From IMG/VR virus record IMGVR_UViG_3300031918_000730, positions 15,875-79,874 of that record: 64,000 nucleotides of DNA; one strand, 5' to 3'. The notes beneath the pieces were generated by a model. It did not search any database. It saw only the letters and a program-made list of their open reading frames with translations, and was not told the DNA's origin. How positions within the stretch are numbered: position 1 is the first letter of the stretch; the number at the start of each line of letters is the position of its first letter. A program made the translations under genes and the position numbers. Origin of the DNA: a virus. Of this stretch, positions 1-10,338 are shown in pieces.

Positions 1-348
1 ACTAATGCGTATTCGTTCCTAGGTAGACAGGACGACGGATCTCTAGGTGGAATAAACAATATCACCAACGATAAAGATCCAGCCATCAATTCACTGTGCA
101 ATGTAATCAAGGGAAATATCCTATCTAACTCAGACGACTCAATTGGATATGTCACTGCACTATTCGACTCCGTCGGAGCCAATGATATTCCACCTGAAGA
201 TTTCGAAAAGATCAAGGGATCTATCTGGAAGAAGCTAGAAGAGATCGACTCACTAGAGGCTATGGACGCATATAGTACTTTCCAGAAATTCATAGTTGGA
301 CTCATCAACGGACTAAGGGATACTAGAGACTTAAATGGAGCTTCTTAA
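1..348 (+). CDS. partial CDS (5' truncated), hypothetical protein
   Basis: Frame 1 is open from base 1 to TAA at 346-348 and overlaps the start of the next gene. Confidence 0.7.
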   Translation, partial: TNAYSFLGRQDDGSLGGINNITNDKDPAINSLCNVIKGNILSNSDDSIGYVTALFDSVGANDIPPEDFEKIKGSIWKKLEEIDSLEAMDAYSTFQKFIVGLINGLRDTRDLNGAS

Positions 349-2077
349 TAGTTCAGGGAATATTGTAGATAACGCTACTGAGATAATAGACTCCCATTTC
401 AATTATGAGGAGGTTAATTATCCAATTCAGCCAATCACCAACTTCCCTTGTTCTCCAAGTACATTACACACTAAGATATACAATTCAATAGGCGAAATTC
501 AGAGGGCCAACGGTGCCGACATTGCTGATTTAGCGAACTATACCCCTAAGATATACGGTACACTATCCCGTAAAATAGCCAAACTATCGCCTGAATTCAT
601 ACCGTTCGCAGAATGCATAGTTGCATTTATTGACCAGTGGTGTACCAATGGAGGTGCTAAGGATGGTCGAAAATATGGATATGAGATATGCTCTACTGCT
701 AGGTCGTGGTTCGTACAGCAGAACATAATAACGGGAACGCAATATAGAGAGAACGGACTTAGCTGGAGTCTATATGGTAAGGCACTGTCAATTAACGTGT
801 ATTACCTAGAAGAGGATCAGTTAAGTGAATCCAATGGCTCTACTACATATGTCAAGAAGACTATAAACCTAGCAGATAATTCAGCTAAGACCTTCATTGA
901 AAATGCGCAGGTATGGTTTAGCGCACATAAGACTCGTACAGGTAAGAACATTAAGGTGTACGGAGTATACCCTGACCTCAAGACTGCGATAAGAAAAGGC
1001 AAGTATACCCTACAGTCTGAATACCTAGACAGTGATGACACTGTGTTTTGGGCTGGATTGTTCTCAACATATTCTAACTTCACTTCATGGGAATATCATC
1101 CGGGTCAGATGCCTAATGAAGTATGGAAGCTAAGACAGAACTTCCTGAACACTTCGTTCGTGAGTGACGGAAACCAGAACATTGCTGATCGAATAGAGAA
1201 CAATGAGGCAATTACATTTGAAGAAGCTGACAAGCTACAAACAACAGATGTACTTTCTTCAATTGCTTCGTATGTAGGGTTCACTAATAACGTACAACTA
1301 GTCAAATATTTAAGTACCATATTAGAGATTATGGAGGAGGATTTCATATCTCTATACAACCTGAAGATCAATATCAACACTTCATCAAAATACACAGTTG
1401 AGTCTCTATTCAAGTGGAGTAAGGCTAATCCATATTCACTCGCACAGGTGTTGACTAATTACAGGTTATCTGCTGACGTTGATAGTTCTGTATTGTTCTA
1501 CCTCATATCTAGAGAACCAGACAATGATATTGCATATGACGATAATGGAGATCCATATCTATTACAATCATCTGCATTTAAGATCGAAGGTAGCGAAGAC
1601 AGTGAATACTATCTCACTTGCACCGACATGTTCGGAGACACGCTGAGATTCGCATTCAAGAATACATACAAACTACCATGTGACTATATGCCAGATTCTG
1701 GAGACTTCGACCTAATAGATCTAAGTCTAGGTGAATCAGATCCAGAAGACACTCCGGGTAATCCAATGGACGGGGCTGAAGGCGCTGGTTCAGAAATAAG
1801 TAATACGTCGGCCATACTCACAAGTAACGCAAACGGAATTAACGAATTCGGACCAATCGCATCTATTGAAGTTGACTCTAGGAAATTACTATACAATTCG
1901 GATAGCCTAGCTGACTCCATATTCAGAAATAAGAACTACAATGAGATGATAACTCCACCAAATCAGCTAGACCCTTCGAAGGCTAAAGCCATTGTCGACG
2001 TGACATTGCTTGGTAAGAGATTCGTCGCAGGGTTGACTTCAAAAGTAAATGAGATGATTCAGCCTGACAAGGCATAA
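335..2077 (+). CDS. hypothetical protein, probably virion-associated
   Basis: 580-aa ORF in the morphogenesis region upstream of the portal; no motif recognised. Confidence 0.6.
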   Translation: MELLNSSGNIVDNATEIIDSHFNYEEVNYPIQPITNFPCSPSTLHTKIYNSIGEIQRANGADIADLANYTPKIYGTLSRKIAKLSPEFIPFAECIVAFIDQWCTNGGAKDGRKYGYEICSTARSWFVQQNIITGTQYRENGLSWSLYGKALSINVYYLEEDQLSESNGSTTYVKKTINLADNSAKTFIENAQVWFSAHKTRTGKNIKVYGVYPDLKTAIRKGKYTLQSEYLDSDDTVFWAGLFSTYSNFTSWEYHPGQMPNEVWKLRQNFLNTSFVSDGNQNIADRIENNEAITFEEADKLQTTDVLSSIASYVGFTNNVQLVKYLSTILEIMEEDFISLYNLKININTSSKYTVESLFKWSKANPYSLAQVLTNYRLSADVDSSVLFYLISREPDNDIAYDDNGDPYLLQSSAFKIEGSEDSEYYLTCTDMFGDTLRFAFKNTYKLPCDYMPDSGDFDLIDLSLGESDPEDTPGNPMDGAEGAGSEISNTSAILTSNANGINEFGPIASIEVDSRKLLYNSDSLADSIFRNKNYNEMITPPNQLDPSKAKAIVDVTLLGKRFVAGLTSKVNEMIQPDKA

Positions 2078-2080
2078 ATA
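2075..2080 (+). promoter_or_regulatory. T4-type late promoter (TAAATA), leaderless
   Basis: ATAAATA, then 5 nt, then ATG 2086. Confidence 0.65.
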
Positions 2081-2085
2081 TTTGA

Positions 2086-3219
2086 ATGCGAATTTGGTTC
2101 AAAAATACTCTCCACGAGAATGAAGAAGAGGGTCAGGCACCTGATGACCTATATGACACCACAGGTGACACCTCAGATGAAGTGGAGAACTTTGAACAGT
2201 TAATCACCAAGAAGGTAGATCCGGGTATCGCAGTTAAGCGAATAAACCTAAGTGATCGACTGTACGCCAATATAATAGACTTCATAAAGTACAACATCGG
2301 TGAAGTTGAGCAATTAGGTGTAATCAAGGAACATCAACAGAGGATTCATGACCTGTTTGATGAATTGGCTAGGGAAGTATCTAGTGAGTACAATGCTCAT
2401 AAGGGTAAAGAAAAAGAGAAGGTGAATGTTAGAGAAGACTCGACATTGAGAAAGATCAACTCAATGTATAGGTTCTTTGCATACTACATCATCAAATACG
2501 ATAAGAACATTGTCGAATGGATGGAAAGTCTAGTTAGAGTTGGCCTATTCAATGACAAGTCAAAGATTAAGACTATTGATCATTCATATAGCAACATAGA
2601 TCTTAAGCTGATCTTTCAGCTAGAACCATACGAACTAGTGCCGCAGAGCTTTTACATTCTCCATCGAGATAGCGTTTTCAACAAGCCGTTGGAAGATTTC
2701 TTCCAAGACTCTGGCGATCTAGTTGAGCGCCTAGCTAGAGGTCCGGGTCTATTCAATGACCTATCCGCAATGATGACTGCATTTAGATCTGGAATCCCTG
2801 CCGAATACTTCGTTAAGACTGAAGACGGCAAGAAGGTCAAGAAAAGAGTGATGGTTCCCGTAGGAAACACTACCGAAGCTAAGCAGATAATGGAATCCAT
2901 GCTTGCTATTGAGGCGGCAGTTAATAGCGTAATTAGTGTAAATGCTATACGCGAGAAGTATATTAACGACTACAAAAACAACTTGACTAGAATGAATATG
3001 ACACAAGAGCAAATCGCAAATAAGATGAAAATCATGCGAGACTCTATCGCAGGTGGAAAGATTAATACTGTAGAGGATTTCAATAAACTCCAATCAGAAT
3101 ATAAGAAACTAGCCTCGACTGATAAGGAAAAGGATGAATTGGGTAAGCGTACAGCCAGAATGGCAACCGCATACAAGTATAAAATCGAGGCTGTACTAAA
3201 TAATCGAAGAGGTTCCTAA
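2086..3219 (+). CDS. hypothetical late protein, possibly head-internal
   Basis: 377 aa; late promoter; N-terminal L-H-E resembles a gp21-type cleavage site. Confidence 0.55.
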   Translation: MRIWFKNTLHENEEEGQAPDDLYDTTGDTSDEVENFEQLITKKVDPGIAVKRINLSDRLYANIIDFIKYNIGEVEQLGVIKEHQQRIHDLFDELAREVSSEYNAHKGKEKEKVNVREDSTLRKINSMYRFFAYYIIKYDKNIVEWMESLVRVGLFNDKSKIKTIDHSYSNIDLKLIFQLEPYELVPQSFYILHRDSVFNKPLEDFFQDSGDLVERLARGPGLFNDLSAMMTAFRSGIPAEYFVKTEDGKKVKKRVMVPVGNTTEAKQIMESMLAIEAAVNSVISVNAIREKYINDYKNNLTRMNMTQEQIANKMKIMRDSIAGGKINTVEDFNKLQSEYKKLASTDKEKDELGKRTARMATAYKYKIEAVLNNRRGS

Positions 3220-3220
3220 C

Positions 3221-4009
3221 ATGGCTGAATGGATGAATAGTAATTTGAAGATAAGCGACGGTCTAGACGCTGATGTTGTAGGAGGTAGCAATACTCCTAA
3301 ACTTCAGAGAGAGCTTATCAACGTGAACAGAGAATACCTGTTCGCATTAACCGATGGATATATCAAGGCTATTGACGCCATGATCGAATACCTTAACAGT
3401 GTCGAGATCGACAAGGGAGTATACAGCAAGATTATGCTAGTGCTCACTTCGCTCATACTAGACGAATCTGACATCGAATACCTGAAGGACACTAAGGCAA
3501 CTGGTGAAGTTGGACGTGCGATACCTTCAATGTCTGAAATCCAGTATCTAAATGACATCCCACTTGAGTTCGACATCATTCAGGCAGTGTACTTGTACAT
3601 GCTAAGAATTGCGAGAGAAGCTGGATTCTACTCACAGAATGGAATCTTCGGAAACCTAGACGTGTCTGGGGTCATGTTCAATAATGCAAGAAATATCAGC
3701 GATGTGTATAAGACATATGTGGTTGGCATTGACGGCGAAGTTGAGGATACTCCATCTAAGAAACTAGCCCAGCAGATCAGCGAACTATGTAGGGCGAACA
3801 ATATTGTACGTCAGAGACTATTGAAACTCGCAAATGGCGGCAAGAAGCCTAGTAAGAAGGAAGAGTTCTTCATTAGACGTAACTATAAATTCGACACAGT
3901 CTCTGGTTCATTCCAGAAGAGGAACAAGCCGATCAGTACCGTAGTATTCGCACTCCTAGCAAATAAGAGCGACGCAGTATATGCAGATCTAAAGAATCTG
4001 TTAAAATAA
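3221..4009 (+). CDS. hypothetical protein
   Basis: 262-aa ORF directly upstream of the portal gene. Confidence 0.6.
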   Translation: MAEWMNSNLKISDGLDADVVGGSNTPKLQRELINVNREYLFALTDGYIKAIDAMIEYLNSVEIDKGVYSKIMLVLTSLILDESDIEYLKDTKATGEVGRAIPSMSEIQYLNDIPLEFDIIQAVYLYMLRIAREAGFYSQNGIFGNLDVSGVMFNNARNISDVYKTYVVGIDGEVEDTPSKKLAQQISELCRANNIVRQRLLKLANGGKKPSKKEEFFIRRNYKFDTVSGSFQKRNKPISTVVFALLANKSDAVYADLKNLLK

Positions 4010-4028
4010 GAATAAAGGATAATACATA

Positions 4029-5888
4029 ATGGCTATCAGAGGACCGAGTTCAGGCGGGTTTAGAAACGACAGGGTCACTGATTTGACCCATAACCCGTTT
4101 TATTCAAACTTCGAAGACTTCAGAAGAGCATCTACAAGTAGAAAGGCAGAGGCTAAGAGGAATCAGATTGGTCAGTCGGAAGACTCCATCAATGATATTC
4201 TTGGCACCGCCTCAGTAGTTCTTTACAACTTCGGAAACAAAGACCCTCTGGATAGGCGTAAGGACTTAGCTGATAAGCTAACCACCCAATGGTCTGATCA
4301 GCTAAGGATCAGGTATTCGAACTACACTCGACTGGCTAAGCGCCCCGAGGTTCGATATGTACTTGAAACCATATGTAATGAAGCTATTGTCACTAACGAA
4401 TCTGAGCAGATAGTATCGCTCAAGATAAACGACAACTTCCCCGGAATTGCAATTGGTAATGCCACCAAGGTACAGTTGCAACAAGACTTCAATAACATGC
4501 TTCAGACTGTTATGAACTTCGACAACTTCGCATGGAAGCTGTTTAAGAAGTTTCTAATTGAAGGTGGAGTATTCTTCGAAGTCGGATACTCCGAGAAGAT
4601 GAACAAGATCACTGGACTAAGACTCCTACCTTCATACAATATGATTGTGGTTGTCGAAGATGGTGAAGTAGTTGGTTATCGTCAGATCATCGATAAGACC
4701 GCATACGATACTAATCGTCAGAACATGACCTATTACACAATGGGTGGAGATTTGACCAAGGATTGGGTTGACTATCACCCTAATGAAATACTATGGTGGG
4801 ATTACGACGAAAGAGGATTCGGTGGCATTAACGATAGGCTCTCATTCCTTGAGAATGCTCGTAAGGTTGCTAATCAGCTAAAGAACATTGAAGATTCAAT
4901 TGTTCGCTATAGAATCCTAAGAGGACACGAGAAGCGTGCATTCTACATCCCTACCGGAAATATGCCTCCAATTAAGGCCGAAGAACACCTTAGGAGACAG
5001 TCGGAAAATCTAAATCGCAGACTCTTCTACAATAGCGAAGACGGAACCATCGTAGGACTAGAAAAAGTCACTGCAATGATGGAAGACTATTACTTCGCAA
5101 TGCCAGAAGGTCAGAGTGCCGCAAAGATCGACACTATTCCAGCAGGCGCAAATCTAGGCGAAATCACTGACCTCAATTACTTCAAGCAGTTGCTTTATCA
5201 GGCACTATTGTTCCCTGCATCTCGCAGTGTGACTATGGCAGGACAGCAACAGGCACCAGCATCTCCCGGAAAACCCGGAGAGATTACTAGAGACGAAATA
5301 GTGCTCACTAGATTCATCGAACGAATCCAGCGATCATTCTCGACTCAGGTTGTAATTCCATTGTTCGTGATGTACTTGGAGACAATGAACAAGTATGACG
5401 AGAGCCTTAAGGATGAGAAGTTCTTCACTTGTAAGTTCACACAGTCTAACCTATTCAAACTATATAAAGAAGCTGAAGTAACCAACACAAGATTCGATAT
5501 TCTCGACAAGGCGGCTAAGTATATCGACGACGGTAGCGAAGGCCCTAATTCGATATTCGCCAAAGAATTCGTATTGAAGAAGTATTTCAATCTTAGTGAT
5601 GAAGAATTCGCTGAGAATCTTAGACTTATTCAACTAGAGAGACTCCAGACTGCCAGAAACATTTCTAAGCAGAAGGCCGTTGATAAGGAGAATATGGAAC
5701 TAGGTAACCCCGGAGATATGACAGGTGCTTCTGGCGGTGGTCAGTTCGGTGGTATGGGTGGTGAAGTGAATGGTATGGGTGGATCACCAGACGGCGAATT
5801 AGGCGCAGGTGAAGATCTACCTACCGACGACGAATTGAATAGCGGCGCAGAGGGAGAGGCACCAGCAACACCAGATGAGATAGGATAA
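4029..5888 (+). CDS. gp20: portal vertex protein (T4 gp20-like)
   Basis: Motifs NQLKNIEDSIVRYRILRGHEKRAFYIPTGNMP, MMEDYYF, GANLGEITDLNYF, EITRDEI; position before protease, scaffold and MCP. Confidence 0.95.
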   Translation: MAIRGPSSGGFRNDRVTDLTHNPFYSNFEDFRRASTSRKAEAKRNQIGQSEDSINDILGTASVVLYNFGNKDPLDRRKDLADKLTTQWSDQLRIRYSNYTRLAKRPEVRYVLETICNEAIVTNESEQIVSLKINDNFPGIAIGNATKVQLQQDFNNMLQTVMNFDNFAWKLFKKFLIEGGVFFEVGYSEKMNKITGLRLLPSYNMIVVVEDGEVVGYRQIIDKTAYDTNRQNMTYYTMGGDLTKDWVDYHPNEILWWDYDERGFGGINDRLSFLENARKVANQLKNIEDSIVRYRILRGHEKRAFYIPTGNMPPIKAEEHLRRQSENLNRRLFYNSEDGTIVGLEKVTAMMEDYYFAMPEGQSAAKIDTIPAGANLGEITDLNYFKQLLYQALLFPASRSVTMAGQQQAPASPGKPGEITRDEIVLTRFIERIQRSFSTQVVIPLFVMYLETMNKYDESLKDEKFFTCKFTQSNLFKLYKEAEVTNTRFDILDKAAKYIDDGSEGPNSIFAKEFVLKKYFNLSDEEFAENLRLIQLERLQTARNISKQKAVDKENMELGNPGDMTGASGGGQFGGMGGEVNGMGGSPDGELGAGEDLPTDDELNSGAEGEAPATPDEIG

Positions 5889-5915
5889 TTTAATTATGCT
5901 TTTCTCTCTAGAAAC

Positions 5916-5921
5916 TAAATA
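5916..5921 (+). promoter_or_regulatory. late promoter (CTAAATA), leaderless
   Basis: 6 nt before ATG 5928. Confidence 0.65.
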
Positions 5922-5927
5922 ATTGAC

Positions 5928-6092
5928 ATGGATGTTTCAGATCATTCTGCACTGAAGAATAAGCTAGTCGAATCCCTGATAAGTAGGGATTCGGCTGTTT
6001 TCAAGAAATACTTACAAGAGTCAATTTCACATGTTGAAAATATGCTAGTTTCGAAATACTCCAAGGAGATAAAGGAATCATTAAATGCCTAA
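5928..6092 (+). CDS. small prohead core protein (gp67/gp68-like position), not in ORF track
   Basis: 54-aa ORF MDVSDHSALKNKLVESLISRDSAVFKKYLQESISHVENMLVSKYSKEIKESLNA between portal and protease, with L-x-E sites and its own late promoter. Confidence 0.65.
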   Translation: MDVSDHSALKNKLVESLISRDSAVFKKYLQESISHVENMLVSKYSKEIKESLNA

Positions 6093-6834
6093 TTTGATAC
6101 TCGAAGGATACAACATAAAAGGCAAGGGATCGATTGCCGATTATCAATCAGAAAACAAATTGAAGCCCGTGTTCGAAAGCATAATGGGTGGAAATGAAAA
6201 GCGCCTAAAGCTGGAAGGCACAGCAATCCTCTGTGAAGTAGAAGGTATAAATGGCCGAATCTACTCTACCAGACATATGGATAGGCAGGCTAGGAAGTTT
6301 ACCAAAGACTACATTGAGACATTCAACTCCCTTGGAGAATTGAATCACCCTGCAGTGACCTCCGAAGGCGAACACATCCTATTACCAGTAACCGAAATTA
6401 ACCTTGAGAAGGCTTGCCATCTAATCGAGAAGCTCTATATGCAGGGCGACGATATGAAGATCAAGTCTAGGGTTATTACTGACTTGCCATGTGGAGCTAT
6501 TATTGCATCCTTGGTGAAGAATGGTATCCCTGTTGGTAATTCCCTCAGAGGTCTAGGTTCGGTATATGAGCGTAACGGACGACTATTCGTTGCAGACGAC
6601 TATCAATTGATCACTGTCGACATCGTGGGTAGACCTTCATACGGTAGACCAGCAATGCTACACGCAATCACAGAGTCCATCAACTCCCACGAAATCCCCA
6701 TACTAAATGAAGCAGTTGATAGGGCTGTTCGTGAGTTCAAGCGTGAAATGGATTACAATACTAGAACACACAACATCACCCACGAGACTGAGTACTACTC
6801 AATCAACAGATTACTAGCGGCACTAAAGGCTTAA
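6085..6834 (+). CDS. gp21: prohead protease (T4 gp21-like)
   Basis: NGRIY, LGELNHP, SLRGLGS, DIVGRPS motifs. Confidence 0.92.
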   Translation: MPNLILEGYNIKGKGSIADYQSENKLKPVFESIMGGNEKRLKLEGTAILCEVEGINGRIYSTRHMDRQARKFTKDYIETFNSLGELNHPAVTSEGEHILLPVTEINLEKACHLIEKLYMQGDDMKIKSRVITDLPCGAIIASLVKNGIPVGNSLRGLGSVYERNGRLFVADDYQLITVDIVGRPSYGRPAMLHAITESINSHEIPILNEAVDRAVREFKREMDYNTRTHNITHETEYYSINRLLAALKA

Positions 6835-7559
6835 TGATGTCAAAAAACCCCCCAAGTCAAGCAGACTTAGAAGCAGAATACAGGGAGAAATTCGAAACCC
6901 TCAAGGAGGACATGAATCGACAGGTTCAGGCATTCATTGCGGAATCTATTATCAAGAATTCTTTTGAGTCTCCTGAGATGAAGGCCCAAGTCGACGTGTA
7001 CAAGCCTATCGTCGAATCTGTGGTAAAGGCTCTCAAGGATAGTGGAATATTGAACGCCAGTAAGGGCGGGACAGAATTGCCAGATGAAGTCGTCGGCGTG
7101 ATAACCGAGCAGACAGAAGTGATTAACAACCAGTCGAAGAAGATTAAGGAGCTAAAAATGCGCATGAAACTATATGAAATGATTACTGAGAATCTCGCGG
7201 GACTCGATAAGGAAATCATAAGGGAAGCTGTAACTAAGTTTCAGGGAGAGGATAGTCTAAGTGAAGATGACCTACTCAAGAAACTAACTAGCTATATCAG
7301 CAATAGAAAGCCATCATCTAAGACTGTCCAGTTTGAGGCAATCAATACTGATATTGACGAAGTCGATGCTATCCTAGAGGGAACTGCAGGAAAAGGTGCA
7401 TCTGGTAAGTTTAGTCCTAAAAAGAAAATCAATATGCCCGGAATTAGACCTAGGGTAGTTACTGAATCAGTAGAGGTTAGAATGCCAGATGAAGAGGGTA
7501 ATGTAGAATTAGACCCCGCTGGCGAATTCATGAGAGACTTTGGACATATCGGCACCTAA
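6834..7559 (+). CDS. gp22: prohead scaffold (T4 gp22-like)
   Basis: Coiled-coil, acidic, many I/L/V-x-E sites; lies between protease and MCP. Confidence 0.75.
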   Translation: MMSKNPPSQADLEAEYREKFETLKEDMNRQVQAFIAESIIKNSFESPEMKAQVDVYKPIVESVVKALKDSGILNASKGGTELPDEVVGVITEQTEVINNQSKKIKELKMRMKLYEMITENLAGLDKEIIREAVTKFQGEDSLSEDDLLKKLTSYISNRKPSSKTVQFEAINTDIDEVDAILEGTAGKGASGKFSPKKKINMPGIRPRVVTESVEVRMPDEEGNVELDPAGEFMRDFGHIGT

Positions 7560-7583
7560 TACATAACATCACCATTAACAAAG

Positions 7584-7612
7584 AAGGCCATCTCATTCGA
7601 GGTGGCCTTTTT
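7584..7612 (+). terminator. intrinsic terminator
   Basis: AAGGCCATCTC-ATTC-GAGGTGGCCTT followed by a T run. Confidence 0.8.
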
Positions 7613-7662
7613 AATTCTTGTACACTTTTTAATGACTTTTTTTATTACCACGAAAATCTCAC

Positions 7663-7668
7663 TAAATA
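7663..7668 (+). promoter_or_regulatory. late promoter for MCP (leadered, with SD)
   Basis: ACTAAATA about 53 nt upstream of ATG 7722; AGGAGAGG SD. Confidence 0.7.
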
Positions 7669-7721
7669 AAAGCAAGGTATCAGAGAAAGATCCTTAAACT
7701 TTTAGGAGAGGTAACTAGAAA

Positions 7722-9053
7722 ATGTCAAATACACTATACTCTAAGCATGGTTCACTCATGCGCAAGTGGGCACCAGTCATCGAGTCGACTCAGGTCGGTC
7801 GTAAGGTTGAAGGCACCCAGCAGGCGGCAGTATTGTCTGTCTGTCTTGAGAACCAGTACAAGCTGAATAAGGGCTACTTGCCAGAATCTCAGAACGTGAC
7901 TTCTGATATGGCAACCTTCCAGCAGTACGCACTACCAATCGTTCGCCGTATGCTCCCAGAGCTTTTGGCAACCAACGTGACTCAGGTCCAGCCTTTGACT
8001 GGCCCTACCGGACTTGCATATGCAATGCGTTTTGCATACGACGACGGTAATCCATTGTATGATGGTAACGGTAACTTCATCGGAAACGAAATGGGTTACA
8101 ACACCATCAAGCCTCAGTTCACTGGCCGTGGTACTTCTGCCGCTCCTTCTGCTTTCACCACTGGACAGGGCGAATTGCTCTCCAACTACTCTGAAGTAGC
8201 TGGCCAGAATACTTTGCAGAACCTCGGTTCCGCAAATGCACCAGACGGTACTCAGATTGCTCGTGGTAAGTTGGTTGTTGAGTCGAAGGCTGTCAAGGCT
8301 GGAACTCGCGCCATCAAGACTGCTTACACTCTCGAACTCCAGCAGGATCTCGCCGCTGTTCACGGACAGGACATCGAGACTCTCATGATGGAAGGTTTGC
8401 AGTACGAACTTCAGCAGGAACTCGACCGCGAGTTGCTCATCAGAATGCGCTCTGCCGCAATCAACACTGCACTGGGTGGAGCCGCTCCATTCACCATCGA
8501 CGTGACCCCTAACGCAACCTCCGCAGGTAGCGTGCTTGCAGGTGACGGACGCTGGTCGCAGGAGAAGTTTGCAAACGTCGTGAATGCAATCATCGCCGCC
8601 GCTAACTACCTACGTCGCACCACTCGCCTTGGTCCGGGTAACTTTGCAATCGTCTCTCAGGACGTTGCAACTGCACTCCAGTCCTTGAACACTGGTGTCT
8701 TCACTGCTAACACTGCAGACGTTGACGGTACTGTAATGGGTATCAAGATTGGAACTCTCCACGGTTCCAAGATCGACATCTACGTCGATACCTTCGCAAG
8801 CAACAGCTACGCGCTCGTTGGTTACAAGGGTCAGAAGCCGGGACACGCTGGTATCATCTATCTTCCTTACATTCCTCTGGTCGTCCAGAAGACTGTCGGT
8901 TCCGAAGATGCATCGCCTCGTATCATCCTCAAGACTCGTTACGCAATCCTTGACAACTTGTTCGGTTCGGGCTTGTTCTACCGTGAGATTCGTTTCACTG
9001 GTCTGAACGGTTACTTCGGTAACGTGTTCGAGAACATCACCAACTTGTACTAA
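7722..9053 (+). CDS. gp23: major capsid protein (T4 gp23-like)
   Basis: KWAPVIE, VQPLTGPTGLAYAMR, TLELQQDLAAVHG, YLPYIPL, KTRY motifs; strong codon bias. Confidence 0.97.
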   Translation: MSNTLYSKHGSLMRKWAPVIESTQVGRKVEGTQQAAVLSVCLENQYKLNKGYLPESQNVTSDMATFQQYALPIVRRMLPELLATNVTQVQPLTGPTGLAYAMRFAYDDGNPLYDGNGNFIGNEMGYNTIKPQFTGRGTSAAPSAFTTGQGELLSNYSEVAGQNTLQNLGSANAPDGTQIARGKLVVESKAVKAGTRAIKTAYTLELQQDLAAVHGQDIETLMMEGLQYELQQELDRELLIRMRSAAINTALGGAAPFTIDVTPNATSAGSVLAGDGRWSQEKFANVVNAIIAAANYLRRTTRLGPGNFAIVSQDVATALQSLNTGVFTANTADVDGTVMGIKIGTLHGSKIDIYVDTFASNSYALVGYKGQKPGHAGIIYLPYIPLVVQKTVGSEDASPRIILKTRYAILDNLFGSGLFYREIRFTGLNGYFGNVFENITNLY

Positions 9054-9081
9054 GCAAGATTAGTTGAGTTGAATCTTAAGG

Positions 9082-9106
9082 GGCCAGCAGAAATGCTGGC
9101 CTTTTT
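9082..9106 (+). terminator. intrinsic terminator after MCP
   Basis: GGCCAGCA-GAAA-TGCTGGCC-TTTTT. Confidence 0.9.
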
Positions 9107-9108
9107 CG

Positions 9109-9137
9109 TTTACAAAAGTTGAATCTCAGAGTATCTT
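9109..9137 (+). promoter_or_regulatory. host sigma70-type early promoter
   Basis: TTTACA-N17-TATCTT; same architecture as 49945-49973. Confidence 0.6.
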
Positions 9138-9159
9138 AGTAGTACAAAGGGGGTGTGAC

Positions 9160-9501
9160 ATGATCGACATTCATACTGGAATCTGTGCTGAAGACGCAAT
9201 CATTCTGAAGACTCGCAGACTCAACGCCGCACTTCTGAACGACGAGCACTTCGAAGCGTTCTACATTGGATACTACGACCGAATCAACGAAGAACTGGAT
9301 GATCGCAAGTATAATAAGGTCGACTCGGTAAATACCATCCTCGAATTTTTCTATCACATCGGATACAGGTTTTCCGATAATGAAATCTACCTTTCCGGAC
9401 TGGTACGAAAAAGCCTTCCGGGGTTGGAAGGCTTCAAGAAGTCGATCATTACCTATCTTGATCGAATGAATATCGTAGAGTATTACGAACGGGAGAAGTA
9501 A
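9160..9501 (+). CDS. hypothetical early protein
   Basis: 113 aa; GGGGG SD; own -35/-10 promoter. Confidence 0.65.
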   Translation: MIDIHTGICAEDAIILKTRRLNAALLNDEHFEAFYIGYYDRINEELDDRKYNKVDSVNTILEFFYHIGYRFSDNEIYLSGLVRKSLPGLEGFKKSIITYLDRMNIVEYYEREK

Positions 9502-10292
9502 GAAAGGGATTCGGCGAAAGCCTCCATGAACACTCTCTCAGATTCTAACATATGATTAGTCTGGTGATTCACGAATACGTCACTAGGCTTATCCTTTTCA
9601 CTAAACTTAGGTACGTTAGAATTCAAAGCCTGAATTTCTCCGCGACTCTTGTTTAGATTATCCGCAATGGTATCGAGAATTTCGATCAATCCATCGTCGC
9701 TACCCAAAAGAACATCCTTGTAACCCTTTAGAGTTGCCTGATATGGGAACTCTGGATTATAGAACAATTCAATAGCATCCTTCAGGTGAGTTACTTCCTG
9801 CTTAAACGCTTCAATAGGCGACGAAGTACTCTTCTCAGATACGCCAACTATGATTTCCTTGATGAATGTGGCTAATCGATGGCCGGGATTCTTCTTAGCC
9901 TTGGCGAGTGCATTCTTCAAAATTCCATCGGTTGATGGATTTGATAGGAACTTATACTTGGAATACAAAGACGCAATATGCTGTTTGGCATTTGGGTCAT
10001 TTTCTGCTTTGTATTTCTCCATCAAGTCTTGCCTGATCCTAGTGATCTTATCCTCGAAGGTAGATAGTGCGTTGAACCTTACTGGGTCTGCACTATTTTC
10101 CTTCTCCATAGCCATGAGGGTCTTGTCTGCAATTCTACCTAGAGTGTTCGCGACTAATGCGGAAGACTCTAGGAAAGTCCTATTACCTACACATTCAGCT
10201 AGGAACTTAGGATAGCCTAGCTTCATCTTAGGGGTTGCAGATTCGAATATTGCCTTTGGCATCATCTCATCGAGTGTAAAAGTAGTTCTCAT
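9483..10292 (-). CDS. hypothetical late protein, probable head-internal protein
   Basis: Perfect TATAAATA upstream; IFES, FLES, MLES sites resembling gp21 cleavage sites. Confidence 0.6.
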   Translation of the reverse strand: MRTTFTLDEMMPKAIFESATPKMKLGYPKFLAECVGNRTFLESSALVANTLGRIADKTLMAMEKENSADPVRFNALSTFEDKITRIRQDLMEKYKAENDPNAKQHIASLYSKYKFLSNPSTDGILKNALAKAKKNPGHRLATFIKEIIVGVSEKSTSSPIEAFKQEVTHLKDAIELFYNPEFPYQATLKGYKDVLLGSDDGLIEILDTIADNLNKSRGEIQALNSNVPKFSEKDKPSDVFVNHQTNHMLESERVFMEAFAESLSYFSRS

Positions 10293-10308
10293 TTATTAAC
10301 CTCTTCGA

Positions 10309-10316
10309 TATTTATA
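10309..10316 (-). promoter_or_regulatory. canonical T4 late promoter TATAAATA
   Basis: Reverse complement of TATTTATA; GAGG SD follows. Confidence 0.75.
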
Positions 10317-10338
10317 GATAGGTAGTCTACGAGGCAGT

